Source of the DNA: a virus
Lineage: Duplodnaviria > Caudoviricetes
Direction: 5' to 3' (one strand)
DNA: 28,192 nt
IMG/VR virus record: IMGVR_UViG_3300014050_001597
Span: 1 to 28,192 of that record
Shown here: piece by piece, positions 18,092 through 27,168 of the stretch
How the letters are laid out: each line of letters begins with the position of its first letter
How positions within the stretch are numbered: the stretch's first letter is position 1
The notes under the pieces: generated by a model
What the model saw: only the letters and a program-made list of their open reading frames with translations
The model's database searches: none
Told to the model about the DNA's origin: nothing
Translations under genes and position numbers: made by a program

Positions 18092-19831
18092 ATGAAAAAC
18101 GGCAAAATATTTATTAAAAATGGCCAACCTTATGTGGTGCCACTTCGCTTGGTAGATGGTGTTTTGTCTGGTTATGTTGAAGGAAATATAGCGGCAACTC
18201 CAACGGCTACGCCAAGCCCTTCAGCTACCGTCACACCAACGGCCACACCAACATCCACACCAACACCCACACTAACACGAACTCCCACTAATACTCCAAC
18301 AACCACCATAACCAATACTCCCACTTCCAGTGCTATACCGGCTACACCCACACCAACTACTACTGCAACTCCAACTTTAACAGCCAGTATTACTCGGACT
18401 CCTACACAGACAGTCGCAGCTTCAGTTTCTTCCCTAGCGATTGTGAGCGGATCTGCTCAAGGGAGCGGCACGTCAGCATCTCCCTATTTAGTAGCAGCTG
18501 ATACATCTCCATCTCCAATATATCAGGCAAATGTACCTGGGCTACTGACAGTAAACTTTACCAGTAGAAGATTCTTTGATTACAACTGCGGAAAATCTGG
18601 ATGCTCACAAGGTAGACACAACGAAGGTGTTTATTTCTTATGGCCAAATGGTATTTATTACGAACAAATACGAACTAATATAGATAATTTTACAACTTCG
18701 ACTGGTTTTGGGTATGAAGCATTTTTAACAAATGCCTCTAGAAATACCTTAACAACAATTAGCTACCCTATGCACGCCGGACAAAGATTAAGAATGAGCC
18801 AACATTCTCAGGCTGTGGGTGACGACCGATCTGCCCCCGATAACAACAGACAACTTACAAACACAAGAATAAGCTTTACGCCAGCGAGTAGTAATTTTAG
18901 CATAACAGCAATAGGATCCAGAAGCTTACATGGAAATGGAACCGCAGCAACTCCTTATACCACAACAAGTCGATACGACACAAATCCTAATGAGAGAACA
19001 TTAGTATTCAGGGCAAATGGAAATGGTGTTGTGGCCGTGTCCTGCGACAACATGGGCTATGATGCTGTAGCACCATTTAATGTTTTAGTAGGAGGAACAG
19101 CTAACAGTTTTTCTGGAGCAGTTTTAAAAGATAAAAATAATCTTTTCTCTTTTGCCAGATCTGCTAATAACACTATAAGCAGACCTAATTATTATCATCG
19201 ACCAAGATTCATCTGGGTTAACGATGGTGAAATATTCAGTCTAGCTTATCGTGAGTGCAACAAGAGTTCTTGTTGGTGGAGAGAAGTAAACACAGCATAT
19301 GAGCCAACAGTAGTATGGGCTGTACCAAACTCTATATCTGCAAATGGTCTGTTTTTGATGAACTACTCGCCATTTCCAGTAGATTTTGGGCTGCCAACTG
19401 TTGGCTGGCAGGGGCAAGTTTTACCAGGGAATAGTCCAGTTTATTGGTCTGGTCTTGGAACATCCTCTAGTCCAGCCAATATGAATGATTGGAGTGCTAG
19501 CTTACACTTCATTGGCTATGGAGCAACAATCTACACATCCCTTAAGGGTACAATTTCTTTTAATTATCAAATTAGAGATCAACAATGCAGTAAAAGTGGG
19601 TGTGTTTGGCCAAATCTTTTTGTTCAGATGACAACTAGACATGGTATATCGGGAGGATATGGCAACAGCAATGGCGGGCAGGTTTTATCAACAACTAATG
19701 TTTCAAACGGATTAAGTTCAGGAACACATACTGTAAACGTGTCAGCATTCAATAGCATTTCCTTTCTTTCTGCTAGTTCTGCGAGTGCATTTAAAATCAC
19801 CAATCTAGTATTCACACCGAGCGTATCATGA
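18092..19831 (+). CDS. Adhesin-like virion protein: Thr/Pro-rich linker plus three repeated domains
   Basis: About 70-aa (TP)-rich tract; three G.GT...P motifs and three CxKSxC motifs. Confidence 0.75.
   Translation: MKNGKIFIKNGQPYVVPLRLVDGVLSGYVEGNIAATPTATPSPSATVTPTATPTSTPTPTLTRTPTNTPTTTITNTPTSSAIPATPTPTTTATPTLTASITRTPTQTVAASVSSLAIVSGSAQGSGTSASPYLVAADTSPSPIYQANVPGLLTVNFTSRRFFDYNCGKSGCSQGRHNEGVYFLWPNGIYYEQIRTNIDNFTTSTGFGYEAFLTNASRNTLTTISYPMHAGQRLRMSQHSQAVGDDRSAPDNNRQLTNTRISFTPASSNFSITAIGSRSLHGNGTAATPYTTTSRYDTNPNERTLVFRANGNGVVAVSCDNMGYDAVAPFNVLVGGTANSFSGAVLKDKNNLFSFARSANNTISRPNYYHRPRFIWVNDGEIFSLAYRECNKSSCWWREVNTAYEPTVVWAVPNSISANGLFLMNYSPFPVDFGLPTVGWQGQVLPGNSPVYWSGLGTSSSPANMNDWSASLHFIGYGATIYTSLKGTISFNYQIRDQQCSKSGCVWPNLFVQMTTRHGISGGYGNSNGGQVLSTTNVSNGLSSGTHTVNVSAFNSISFLSASSASAFKITNLVFTPSVS
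18194..18411 (+). repeat. Degenerate Thr-Pro coding repeat (mucin-like linker)
   Basis: ATPTATPSPSATVTPTATPTSTPTPTLTRTPTNTPT... Confidence 0.85.
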
Positions 19832-20367
19832 AAGGCGTTTGCGCATTACACAACGGTAAAGCTTTAGCTCTTGTTACAAGAAGCGGAAGTCATGCATTAA
19901 TGAATTTGATGCTTCCAAAAGACCATATACAAACTCACCCAGAATGTCATAAAGATCAAAAGTGGCATCCTATAATGAACTTACGAGGACATGATTTGAA
20001 AATGGGCTTACCAGAATGTGAAGTTTGTTGCATGGTAAGAAATCCCGTAGATAGATTCAGAAGCTCTTGCGCTAGACGGAATAAAACTGTTGAAGAAGGT
20101 TTATTAGAGGATGAGGTTCACTTTTGGAGCATGGAAAGTATGGGCCTTTTAAATGACAAAATTAAATACTTCTTATTTCCAGAACAGATTGACGAATGTG
20201 CAGCTTGGCTAGGATTACCAACGCCTGTGCCGAGATTAAACGAAGAAAAAGATGATAAGAAACCAGTTTTAAGCGAGAGCCAGCTTGAACTAGTGGTCAA
20301 ACAGTACTATAATGATAATGAACTATATCAAAAACTGAAGGAGAAATATTATGGCAAACAATTTTGA
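19828..20367 (+). CDS. Sulfotransferase family 2-like protein
   Basis: 5'-PSB-like VTRSGSHAL and 3'-PB-like VRNPVDRFRSS; ATGA overlap with the upstream gene. Confidence 0.65.
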   Translation: MKGVCALHNGKALALVTRSGSHALMNLMLPKDHIQTHPECHKDQKWHPIMNLRGHDLKMGLPECEVCCMVRNPVDRFRSSCARRNKTVEEGLLEDEVHFWSMESMGLLNDKIKYFLFPEQIDECAAWLGLPTPVPRLNEEKDDKKPVLSESQLELVVKQYYNDNELYQKLKEKYYGKQF

Positions 20368-20941
20368 TGGAAAAGTTTTATTAGTTCCAAATTTTCTAAT
20401 AGCTGAAGAAATCCAAATTTTAAAAGATTGGACAAACAAGGCTGTAGAAGAAGGTCAGTTTGTTGACGGAATAACTGGTGACTGGGATAAGAAAGAATTT
20501 AGCACAACAAAATTAAGACTCACAAATCGAATGAGTCAAAATATAAATTATCCTGATTTGGTTAAAGCTTTGCAAGACCGAATTCGTCAAACAATTCCAT
20601 TAACAGCAAATGCTCCAGTTATTGATGGACACGGAAAAGATGGAGTTGTTGTGAGTGTAACCTATAACGACGGTGATGTTTACAAGCATAAAGATCCTAG
20701 TGTGGGCGAGGGGGTTGTTGGATTAAGATGTAATATTCTTGCCAGCAAAGCAGAGAGTGGTGGTAGTATTCATGTTGAAGATAAGACTTATAATTTAAAT
20801 GAAGGTGATATGATGTGCTATTTAGTAACAGAACTTTATCATAGTGTTGATGTTTGTCACGGAAATAATCCACGAACACTATTTATGTTTGGATTTGTTG
20901 TTGATAAAGATAGCTGGAATAGTCAGCTAGATATACTATAG
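20351..20941 (+). CDS. 2OG-Fe(II) oxygenase (prolyl 4-hydroxylase-like)
   Basis: VPNFL..EE, Y..G....HKD (HxD), GG, distal H in YHSV, and R in NPRTL. Confidence 0.8.
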   Translation: MANNFDGKVLLVPNFLIAEEIQILKDWTNKAVEEGQFVDGITGDWDKKEFSTTKLRLTNRMSQNINYPDLVKALQDRIRQTIPLTANAPVIDGHGKDGVVVSVTYNDGDVYKHKDPSVGEGVVGLRCNILASKAESGGSIHVEDKTYNLNEGDMMCYLVTELYHSVDVCHGNNPRTLFMFGFVVDKDSWNSQLDIL

Positions 20942-21003
20942 AACTAATTATTTGTCTCAAATTAGATGTGCTAAAAATATCATAGTAAATATGGAGTAAT
21001 TAT

Positions 21004-21111
21004 ATGAGTAATTATTTATATAATATTTTCATTGATGAAATAGTATTAGAAACTGTTAAAGAAACTATTATTCTTTTTGGCATAGTTTGGTTAGTAGCTA
21101 GGTCGCAATAA
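21004..21111 (+). CDS. 35-aa hydrophobic micropeptide (not in ORF track)
   Basis: GGAG RBS; MSNYLYNIFIDEIVLETVKETIILFGIVWLVARSQ; aligns with 23958-24059. Confidence 0.6.
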   Translation: MSNYLYNIFIDEIVLETVKETIILFGIVWLVARSQ

Positions 21112-21138
21112 TTGACAACTTTTCTAATCTTTAAAAGG

Positions 21139-21148
21139 TGCGTATTAT
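21139..21148 (+). promoter_or_regulatory. Variant late promoter motif (TGCGTATTAT)
   Basis: One mismatch to the GTGTAT core, 45 nt upstream of ATG 21184. Confidence 0.45.
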
Positions 21149-21183
21149 AAATAGTATACCTCTCTATAGGAATTTTATTAATA

Positions 21184-22656
21184 ATGGCCGTAAATGATCT
21201 TATACAAATACGCAAAGGAACAGCTTCGGCATGGACTTCGGCCAATCCGGTATTAGCTAGCGGCGAGCCAGGATATGATTTGACCAATAAGATTTTGAAA
21301 ATTGGAGATGGAACATCTAACTGGACTAGTTTAGCTAGTATAAACCTTACCTCGTCTAATATTACCGATTTTAATACAGCTATTAGCGGAATCCTTCCAG
21401 TTAAGAATATAGTTGCTGGTAATAATATTACTATAAGTTCGTCTAGTGGAATTTATACTATTAATAGTACAGCAAGTGGAGGTGGGGGATCGGCATCGGC
21501 AAGGGGAAATATTACCACCACAGGAATACTATCTTCTTTTAATATTGCTGAAGGTTATTCTGTTGGTTATTTAGATTTATTCCAAAATGGTGTTAAATTA
21601 TTAAGCGGTAGTGATTTTATTGCAACAGATGGTAACTCTGTTGGTCTAGTTAATAGCGTACCATCGGGAACAGTTCTAGAATATATTACTTTATTACCCT
21701 CTATTAGTTCTAATAATTATGTTAAACTAGATAATATCAGTTCATCTTTTAATGGCTCGTCTACATCATTTGGATTAGCAGTCAGCGGAACAGCATATTA
21801 TCCTGTTAGTGCAAATACTTTAGGAATTTATGTTGGTGGCGTAGCCCAAGAACCAATTTTTGCATATAGTGTTAGTGGATCAAATATAGTTTTTACTGAA
21901 CCTCCAGCTAGTGGATTAACTTTCTGGGGAGTCGGTTATGGAACAACAACGGTGGCCACATTAAACGGAATAGCCCCCGGCTCATCTGGATTTCCATCTA
22001 TTAGTTCATCAAATGATTTGACCACAGGATTCTATTTTCCATCTGGTGGTTCTATTAGTATAGCTAGTTCTGGATATGATAGATTTAAAATTAATAGTAA
22101 TGGTAATGTTGTTTTTGGTGGACAAAATATTAATAGTTTAAGATATGTAGATATTAATAATATCAATAATTTATCAAACGCTGGTAGTATTCTAAGATTA
22201 GTTACTAGTAATGTTTCTGGTGTATCTATTAATGATACTACTAGTGCAGATTTGGTCAAATATAGTAATGGCCAATTTGGTATTAATAATAATGAAAGAG
22301 ATCCTGCTGCTTTTATATCTTTTAATGTTGGTGTTACAGAAAAATTACGGATAACTTCGTCAGGCAATATCGGAATTGGTACTACCAACCCAACAAGTAG
22401 TTTACATGTTATTGGTAATATTACCGCTAATAGTGGTAATTTTACTAATAATTTACGAGTTAATAATATTAATGTTAGTGTTAGTGGACACTCTCATACG
22501 GTTAGTGATATTGCTAATTTTAATAGTAGTGTTAGTGGTTTATTGCCCATTACTAATATAATTGCTGGAAGTGGAATTAATGTTGCTATTAGTGGTACCA
22601 CAGCTATTATAACTAATGTTGGATTAAAACTTGGTACCGTCATGGCTTTAAGTTAA
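21184..22656 (+). CDS. Second fibre/shaft protein (Mtd_N-like N-terminus)
   Basis: IQIRKGTASAW...L..GEPGYD....KIGDG...W; KLDNISSSFNGSSTSF; ITSSGNIGIGTTNP; ends TVMALS. Confidence 0.85.
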   Translation: MAVNDLIQIRKGTASAWTSANPVLASGEPGYDLTNKILKIGDGTSNWTSLASINLTSSNITDFNTAISGILPVKNIVAGNNITISSSSGIYTINSTASGGGGSASARGNITTTGILSSFNIAEGYSVGYLDLFQNGVKLLSGSDFIATDGNSVGLVNSVPSGTVLEYITLLPSISSNNYVKLDNISSSFNGSSTSFGLAVSGTAYYPVSANTLGIYVGGVAQEPIFAYSVSGSNIVFTEPPASGLTFWGVGYGTTTVATLNGIAPGSSGFPSISSSNDLTTGFYFPSGGSISIASSGYDRFKINSNGNVVFGGQNINSLRYVDINNINNLSNAGSILRLVTSNVSGVSINDTTSADLVKYSNGQFGINNNERDPAAFISFNVGVTEKLRITSSGNIGIGTTNPTSSLHVIGNITANSGNFTNNLRVNNINVSVSGHSHTVSDIANFNSSVSGLLPITNIIAGSGINVAISGTTAIITNVGLKLGTVMALS

Positions 22657-22666
22657 AAGGTAAAAT

Positions 22667-23041
22667 ATGTCTAATCCAAATATAAACACCGCTACAAGCG
22701 TCTACGCCAACAACGCCTCGCTCTCGCTCACGACGACGAGCGCCACGCAGCTTGTGTCCAACGCCGCGAGCAGCGGCAAGGTTTTCCTGCTCGACGGCAT
22801 CACAATCTGCAACATCGACACGGCCAACGCCGTGACGGTGACGGTGACGCTTTACCAGAGTGCGACGAACACGGGGACCGCGTTCGAGCTTTGCTCGACC
22901 GTGAGCATCCCGGCCAACGCCGCGCTGATCGTCGTTGACAAGTCGCAGGGCGTGAGCCTGCTGGAGAACGAGTCGATCTACGTCACGGCGGGGACGGCGA
23001 GCAAGCTGAAGGTCAACGCAAGCTGGAAGGAGATTTCGTAA
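22667..23041 (+). CDS. Small virion adaptor-like protein, GC-rich
   Basis: Similar to 25281-25607 (CN motif, E[IL]S end); strong GC3 codon bias. Confidence 0.8.
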   Translation: MSNPNINTATSVYANNASLSLTTTSATQLVSNAASSGKVFLLDGITICNIDTANAVTVTVTLYQSATNTGTAFELCSTVSIPANAALIVVDKSQGVSLLENESIYVTAGTASKLKVNASWKEIS

Positions 23042-23961
23042 TGCGGCCACGCGGCGGGATCATCGGGGCGACGGTGCAGCCGGAGTTCACGAAGGCCAGC
23101 GGAATCTGGTCGCTTCGCGAGTCCTCCGAGTATCGGGCGGCAGGAAAGTGGCCGATTCCCGGTCTGATTTGCAACCTGGACGCCAGCGTGTTGTCGTCGC
23201 TCAGGCAGAACAGCAACGGCACGACGGCAGCGTCGGCAACGAACGACGCCGTCGGGTATTGGGCCGATCAGTCCGGGAATGGCAACCACGCTACGCAGGC
23301 GACATCGGATCAACGCCCGACGCTGCAACTGTCGAATCAGAACGGTTTGCCGGGCGTACAAACTGACGGTGTCAATGATTACTTACAAGCGTCAATATCT
23401 GGTTTCAATACTCTTGCAAGCGCAACGATTGTTCTGGTTGCGAAAACAGCCTTGGCGGCTGCACCAGACACCGAGACAGGACGCTTCTGGTTTTTTGGGA
23501 ACTTTGGTTCGGCATCATCGCCATATCCGCAAGATCGAGGTGTGTTCCTCTCGCACGCGACTAGCTCTTTGATTGGAGAGAAAATCCTTGTCGGGGTTGT
23601 CAATCCCGGAGTAGGTAATGGAAGAATCGGCGTCAGTTCGTATTCGCGTGCTGCAAATACAGCGCAGGTGCTATCGACAACGCTGTCGAACTCTGGAACG
23701 AGTCTGCTAGCCAATAACGTTACGCAGACGTTTGATCTAGCAACCACTGGGTATTCAGCATCCACATCCACTAGTCCTGCTGACATCGGATACACGGTGG
23801 ACAATATCTTGTTGCTCAATGCATCCCGCAGTTCGGGTATTGTGCAGTTTTTCAATACAGTCATTACCTATCATCAAATGTTGATTTTCAATCGCACCCT
23901 CACCACGCAGGAACAGACAGACATCTGGAACGAGTTGCGTGCCAAGTGGGCCATCTCATGA
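23041..23961 (+). CDS. Concanavalin A/LamG-like receptor-binding protein
   Basis: LDAS...VGYWADQSGNGNHATQ...RPTL...NGLP....DGVNDYL...L..KW pattern. Confidence 0.75.
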   Translation: MRPRGGIIGATVQPEFTKASGIWSLRESSEYRAAGKWPIPGLICNLDASVLSSLRQNSNGTTAASATNDAVGYWADQSGNGNHATQATSDQRPTLQLSNQNGLPGVQTDGVNDYLQASISGFNTLASATIVLVAKTALAAAPDTETGRFWFFGNFGSASSPYPQDRGVFLSHATSSLIGEKILVGVVNPGVGNGRIGVSSYSRAANTAQVLSTTLSNSGTSLLANNVTQTFDLATTGYSASTSTSPADIGYTVDNILLLNASRSSGIVQFFNTVITYHQMLIFNRTLTTQEQTDIWNELRAKWAIS

Positions 23962-24059
23962 CCCTCTACTACGCCCTGCAAGACGAAGAGACGATCTACC
24001 TCATCTGCGAGATCATGCAGACGCTGTGCCTCGCCTATCTGGTGTGGCGGCATCCATAA
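23958..24059 (+). CDS. 33-aa hydrophobic micropeptide (not in ORF track)
   Basis: ATGA overlap; MTLYYALQDEETIYLICEIMQTLCLAYLVWRHP; GC3-biased codons. Confidence 0.7.
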   Translation: MTLYYALQDEETIYLICEIMQTLCLAYLVWRHP

Positions 24060-24074
24060 TATGCTTTTTCCTAT

Positions 24075-24084
24075 GGTGTATTTT
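24075..24084 (+). promoter_or_regulatory. Putative late promoter motif (GGTGTATTTT)
   Basis: 52 nt upstream of ATG 24127. Confidence 0.6.
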
Positions 24085-24126
24085 ATCATAAACCTAACAA
24101 TTATAACTTTTATTTAAACAACTAAT

Positions 24127-24993
24127 ATGCCTCTTTCAAGAATACAATTAAATCAAGGCAGTCCGGTTCCAGCATCATCGACGGCGACGGGGACGGCGGG
24201 ACAGGTCAGCTACGATTCGCAGTACCAGTACATATGCGTGTCAACAAACTATTGGGTACGGACGCCGCTGACGCCTTGGTTGTCCATTACTACTAGACCA
24301 CGCCTATGGCTGAACGCTGCTAATACGCTCAGTTTGTTTGACGCCACGACTGGCTGCAACAACACTGCCAATGGCGGCTCCGTCAAGCGATGGGAAGATG
24401 CGTCGGGGAATGGGCTGCACTTCACCAACGACACGTCGCCACCAACGCTTGCCACGAACTCGGTCAACGGGCTGCCAGTGGTTGTGTTTTCAAGCGCAAG
24501 CAACCAATACCTGCGATGCACGACGCTTGCCGTAACAGGCAGCGCTAATAGAACCGTGTTTGTTGCAGGCAGGGCGACGGGCACGACGAGCAGCTCGTTC
24601 TATTTTGCACTGTCTGACAACGTAACGGATGCCGGCGGAGCGTGGGGAATTGCGAACGATCTGTCGCTACGGCATACGGGCGGGCGCTTTAGCGTTTTTG
24701 GTAGCGGTCAATCAGATGTGTTCAACATTGTGTCCGCACTCCAGAACGGAACCACATCATCTGACACCTCAATGTGGCGTAATGGTGTTTCGCTGACAGC
24801 GTCAAGCAGGGCCAACGTGGGCGCTATCAACACTACCGGCACGGCAATGACTCTGGCGGCGGTAGATGGCCCGGCATCCGTCAATCTGACGAGTTGCTCT
24901 ATCGGTGAGGTCATCGTCTACGCTTCGGCGCTAACCAGTTCTGAGCGTGCTGCTGTTGAATCGTATCTGATCAACAAGTGGGGAATCACATGA
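24127..24993 (+). CDS. Second ConA/LamG-like receptor-binding protein with short fibre N-terminal motif
   Basis: PASSTATGTAGQVSYDSQYQYICVSTNYWVR, then LWLNAA...WEDASGNG...NGLP...IGEVIVY..AL...ER..VESYL..KWG. Confidence 0.78.
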   Translation: MPLSRIQLNQGSPVPASSTATGTAGQVSYDSQYQYICVSTNYWVRTPLTPWLSITTRPRLWLNAANTLSLFDATTGCNNTANGGSVKRWEDASGNGLHFTNDTSPPTLATNSVNGLPVVVFSSASNQYLRCTTLAVTGSANRTVFVAGRATGTTSSSFYFALSDNVTDAGGAWGIANDLSLRHTGGRFSVFGSGQSDVFNIVSALQNGTTSSDTSMWRNGVSLTASSRANVGAINTTGTAMTLAAVDGPASVNLTSCSIGEVIVYASALTSSERAAVESYLINKWGIT

Positions 24994-25043
24994 TCGACCA
25001 CGAAACCATCAATATTATACCACAATTTATAGAATAAACAACA

Positions 25044-25280
25044 ATGTCACTATCATATAACAATTCAGTATTAGCTCAAACTATCAATGTTAGTGGATCT
25101 AATAATACCTCAGTCACTGGAGTATTAACTGCTACTAGTGGTAATTTTACTAATGCTTTACAACTAAATAGAATCGATGTGAGCGTAAGTGGTCATACTC
25201 ATACAACAAATAATATATTAGATTTTGAAACCGCTATTCAAAATATTATTATTCATCCATTCCTATTAGGAGGCTTGTAA
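25044..25280 (+). CDS. Mini-shaft protein ending HPFLLGGL
   Basis: SGNFTN.L..N...VSVSGH.H segment shared with the C-terminus of gene 21184. Confidence 0.7.
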   Translation: MSLSYNNSVLAQTINVSGSNNTSVTGVLTATSGNFTNALQLNRIDVSVSGHTHTTNNILDFETAIQNIIIHPFLLGGL

Positions 25281-25607
25281 ATGGCTCAAACACATAAAGT
25301 TTTAGGACAAAGTAATCCTTCAGCAACAACATTAACAACATTATATACAGTGCCAAGTGGTACAAGTGCTATTTGTTCAACATTAAGTGTTTGTAATTTG
25401 GGTGTTTCTGCAACTTTCCGAATTGCAGTAAGACCTTCCGGAGCTAGTATATCAAATCAACACTATTTAGTTTATGACGCTATTTTAAATGCTGATGATT
25501 CATTTTATCTTACTCTTGGATTATCTCTTGCTGCTACTGACGTAGTTTCAATATATAGTTCTACTAATACTGTGGCATTTTCACTATTTGGAGTAGAATT
25601 GAGTTAA
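25281..25607 (+). CDS. Small virion adaptor-like protein
   Basis: KVLGQSNPSATTLTTLYTVP...CN...FGVELS; AGGAGG RBS lies inside the preceding gene. Confidence 0.8.
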   Translation: MAQTHKVLGQSNPSATTLTTLYTVPSGTSAICSTLSVCNLGVSATFRIAVRPSGASISNQHYLVYDAILNADDSFYLTLGLSLAATDVVSIYSSTNTVAFSLFGVELS

Positions 25608-25608
25608 T

Positions 25609-27168
25609 ATGACTATATCATCAGAATCAATACAAAAACTCGCCACCAACCGAAATCTTCGATCCGCCACAACTTACGATTCTAATATATGGATTCGTCC
25701 ATCAGAATGGTTATCCATACCCGATCTAACTGGGCAACAGCGATTTGCTGGCATTCATCGAATCGACATTGATAGCAACTTAGTCGCTCTTACTGCGGCT
25801 GGTGCCTATACTGTGGATTGGGGGGATGGAACCTCTACTAATCACGCTTCCGGTACAACTGCTCAGAAAAACTACGACTATACGACGATCAGCAGTACTG
25901 GCGAGTCTACGCTTGGATATCGTCAGGTACTAATTCAAGTGTATCCGCAGAGTGGGCAGAATCTAACCAGCTTAAACCTTGCCGTACGACACAGCGCAAC
26001 ATCTTCCGGGTACGCATCGGGTTGGCTGGACGTATCTGTTAACGGGAGCAATCTTACATCGCTGATTTTTAGTTCTAGCACCGTAACGGCTAGATATCTT
26101 CAGCGAGCCACAGTTTTGCAACATAATCTGACTAGCACTGCTGTGATGTTCCAAGCCTGTCTTACACTTCAATCAGTTCCGTTATTTAATACAGCATCAG
26201 TGACAAATATGAGCGGTATGTTTGATTTATGTAGATCACTCCGATCAGTTCCGCTGTTTAATACAGCGTCGGTGACAAGTATGGCTACCATGTTCAACGG
26301 TTGTAATTCGCTTCAATCCGTGCCGCTTTTTAATACGGCTTCTGTAAATAACATGAATGCCATGTTCAACGGCTGCTCATCGCTGCGGTCTGTTCCTCTG
26401 TTTAATACAGTTTCTGTAACTAATATGAACAGCATGTTTATTAATTGCAGTTCTCTTCTGTCTATTCCTAGATTTAATACAGCTTTAGTAAATAATATGG
26501 CTAATATGCTACAAAATTGTACCAACTTACAGTCGATCCCACTTTTAAATACTTCCTCAGTGAACACTATGTCTGGCATAGTTTCGGGCTGTCCTGCACT
26601 TAAATCTTTTCCTTTACTTAATACAGCCTCTGTAACAAATATGCTTAGTATGTTTCAAGGTTGTAGTTCTCTTAAATCTGTGCCTCTTTTAAATACTTCC
26701 TTGGTTACAAATATGACGAGCATGTTTCAAAGTTGTACCTGTCTTGAGTCTGTACCTCTATTTAATACAGTATCGGTGACAAATATGTCTAATATGTTCA
26801 ACGGTTGCAACTCAATCATTTCAATACCTTTATTCAATACAACTTCGGTGACGAATGTTCTTCAAGCATTTAGTAACTGTGGTGCGCTAGCGTCACTTCC
26901 GTCGCTTAATCTATCCGCAATATCTTCGGCTGCAAATATAAATAATTTTATACTTGGATGCAATTCTCTGTCATCGGTGGGATGTACCGGTATCAATCAA
27001 ACAGTATCGTTTGCAAACTGCAAACTATCAGCAGCGCAGATCAACAACATATTTACGAATCTATCGTCAACTGGAACGGGTAAAACAATCACAGTAACGG
27101 GCAATTACGGTGCAGCTACCTGCACACCTTCAATTGCCACAGCAAAAGGATGGACGGTGGTCCAATGA
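25609..27168 (+). CDS. BspA/DUF285-like leucine-rich-repeat adhesin
   Basis: PKD-like VDWGDG; about 10-11 repeats of 24 aa PLFNTASVTNMxxMFxxCxSLxSV. Confidence 0.85.
   Translation: MTISSESIQKLATNRNLRSATTYDSNIWIRPSEWLSIPDLTGQQRFAGIHRIDIDSNLVALTAAGAYTVDWGDGTSTNHASGTTAQKNYDYTTISSTGESTLGYRQVLIQVYPQSGQNLTSLNLAVRHSATSSGYASGWLDVSVNGSNLTSLIFSSSTVTARYLQRATVLQHNLTSTAVMFQACLTLQSVPLFNTASVTNMSGMFDLCRSLRSVPLFNTASVTSMATMFNGCNSLQSVPLFNTASVNNMNAMFNGCSSLRSVPLFNTVSVTNMNSMFINCSSLLSIPRFNTALVNNMANMLQNCTNLQSIPLLNTSSVNTMSGIVSGCPALKSFPLLNTASVTNMLSMFQGCSSLKSVPLLNTSLVTNMTSMFQSCTCLESVPLFNTVSVTNMSNMFNGCNSIISIPLFNTTSVTNVLQAFSNCGALASLPSLNLSAISSAANINNFILGCNSLSSVGCTGINQTVSFANCKLSAAQINNIFTNLSSTGTGKTITVTGNYGAATCTPSIATAKGWTVVQ
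26176..26912 (+). repeat. 72-bp degenerate tandem repeats encoding LRR units
   Basis: GTTCCGTTATTTAATACAGC at 26176 and GTTCCGCTGTTTAATACAGC at 26248; period 72 nt. Confidence 0.85.

Noticed and set aside
22640-24914. Multiple antisense and alternate-frame ORFs in the GC-rich islands
   Set aside because: Expected shadows of GC3-biased coding sequence; no RBS or motifs
15853-24993. Diversity-generating retroelement suggested by Mtd_N-like domains
   Set aside because: No reverse transcriptase and no TR/VR pair differing at adenines seen in this window
26176-26912. CRISPR array
   Set aside because: Repeats are degenerate, in-frame 72-bp coding units with synonymous variation; no cas genes
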